Assembly: GCF_036321535.1 (NCBI RefSeq)
Contig: NC_087436.1
Coordinates: 96,412,001 to 96,476,000 of the forward strand
DNA: 64,000 nucleotides
Origin: Camelus dromedarius
Lineage: Eukaryota
Direction of reading: 5' to 3'
In this document: positions 63,701 to 64,000 of the stretch, one piece after another
How positions within the stretch are numbered: the first letter of the stretch is position 1
Layout: each line of letters opens with the position of its first letter
Program-made: the position numbers and the translations under genes
Notes under the pieces: generated by a model
Database searches by the model: none
Seen by the model: the letters and a program-made list of their open reading frames with translations, nothing else
What the model was told of the DNA's origin: nothing

Positions 63701-64000
63701 ATTGCCTCTGTATATAGAAGTTGGAAGCATAGCAAGAACATGTACCTAGAGACCTCATCTAGTATGCATTACTAGAGAAAGGACTAATGTTTAAGCTGAA
63801 TCTTCAACACTGAGTAGGATTTGGCTAGTAAACCAGTGGGAAAGATAATTTTAAGCAGAGGGAAAAGCCTATGGGAAGGCTTTGAGCCAGTTTGGCACAT
63901 ACGAGGAAGTGTATAAATGCCAGACTGACTTGACCATTGTGACCTAGAGTGGAGAACAGTTCATGCTTGTCATACTTGTCATGCCATAAAAATGTAATCT

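Noticed and set aside
1..64000. CRISPR array, prokaryotic operon, tRNA/rRNA/snRNA gene or CpG-island promoter
   Set aside because: None seen. The only tRNA-like sequence is the SINE at 462-575, and CpG is depleted throughout.

Overview
This is AT-rich, CpG-depleted mammalian genomic DNA, intronic or intergenic. It is most likely camelid, because it carries a Vic-1-like tRNA-derived SINE and young camelid-type L1 3' ends. I recognise no protein-coding gene, RNA gene, CpG island or CRISPR array. The ORF-track entries are LINE-1 ORF2 fragments, decayed ERV-L pro/RT/IN/dUTPase fragments, or chance ORFs. The window is mostly layered transposable elements: L1 of several ages, L2, MIR, MaLR/ERVL/ERV1 LTRs, three ERV-L internal remnants and hAT MITEs. 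Direct reading resolves several insertion structures: two 5'-inverted (twin-primed) L1s with TSDs, one of which splits an ERV-L RT and carries a probable 24-nt 3' transduction; an internally deleted L1 that keeps both termini and splits a MIR; and L1-in-L1 nestings. The best non-repeat leads are a candidate 54-nt minus-strand exon (7468-7521, QIQRLEEKNKRTVENHQQ), a frame-compatible 16-nt micro-exon candidate (47747-47762) and a Maf/HOX13/NF-kB motif cluster near 38.1 kb. I cannot support a new biological system from this sequence alone. Repeat subfamily names come from remembered consensus motifs, and boundaries without TSDs are approximate.
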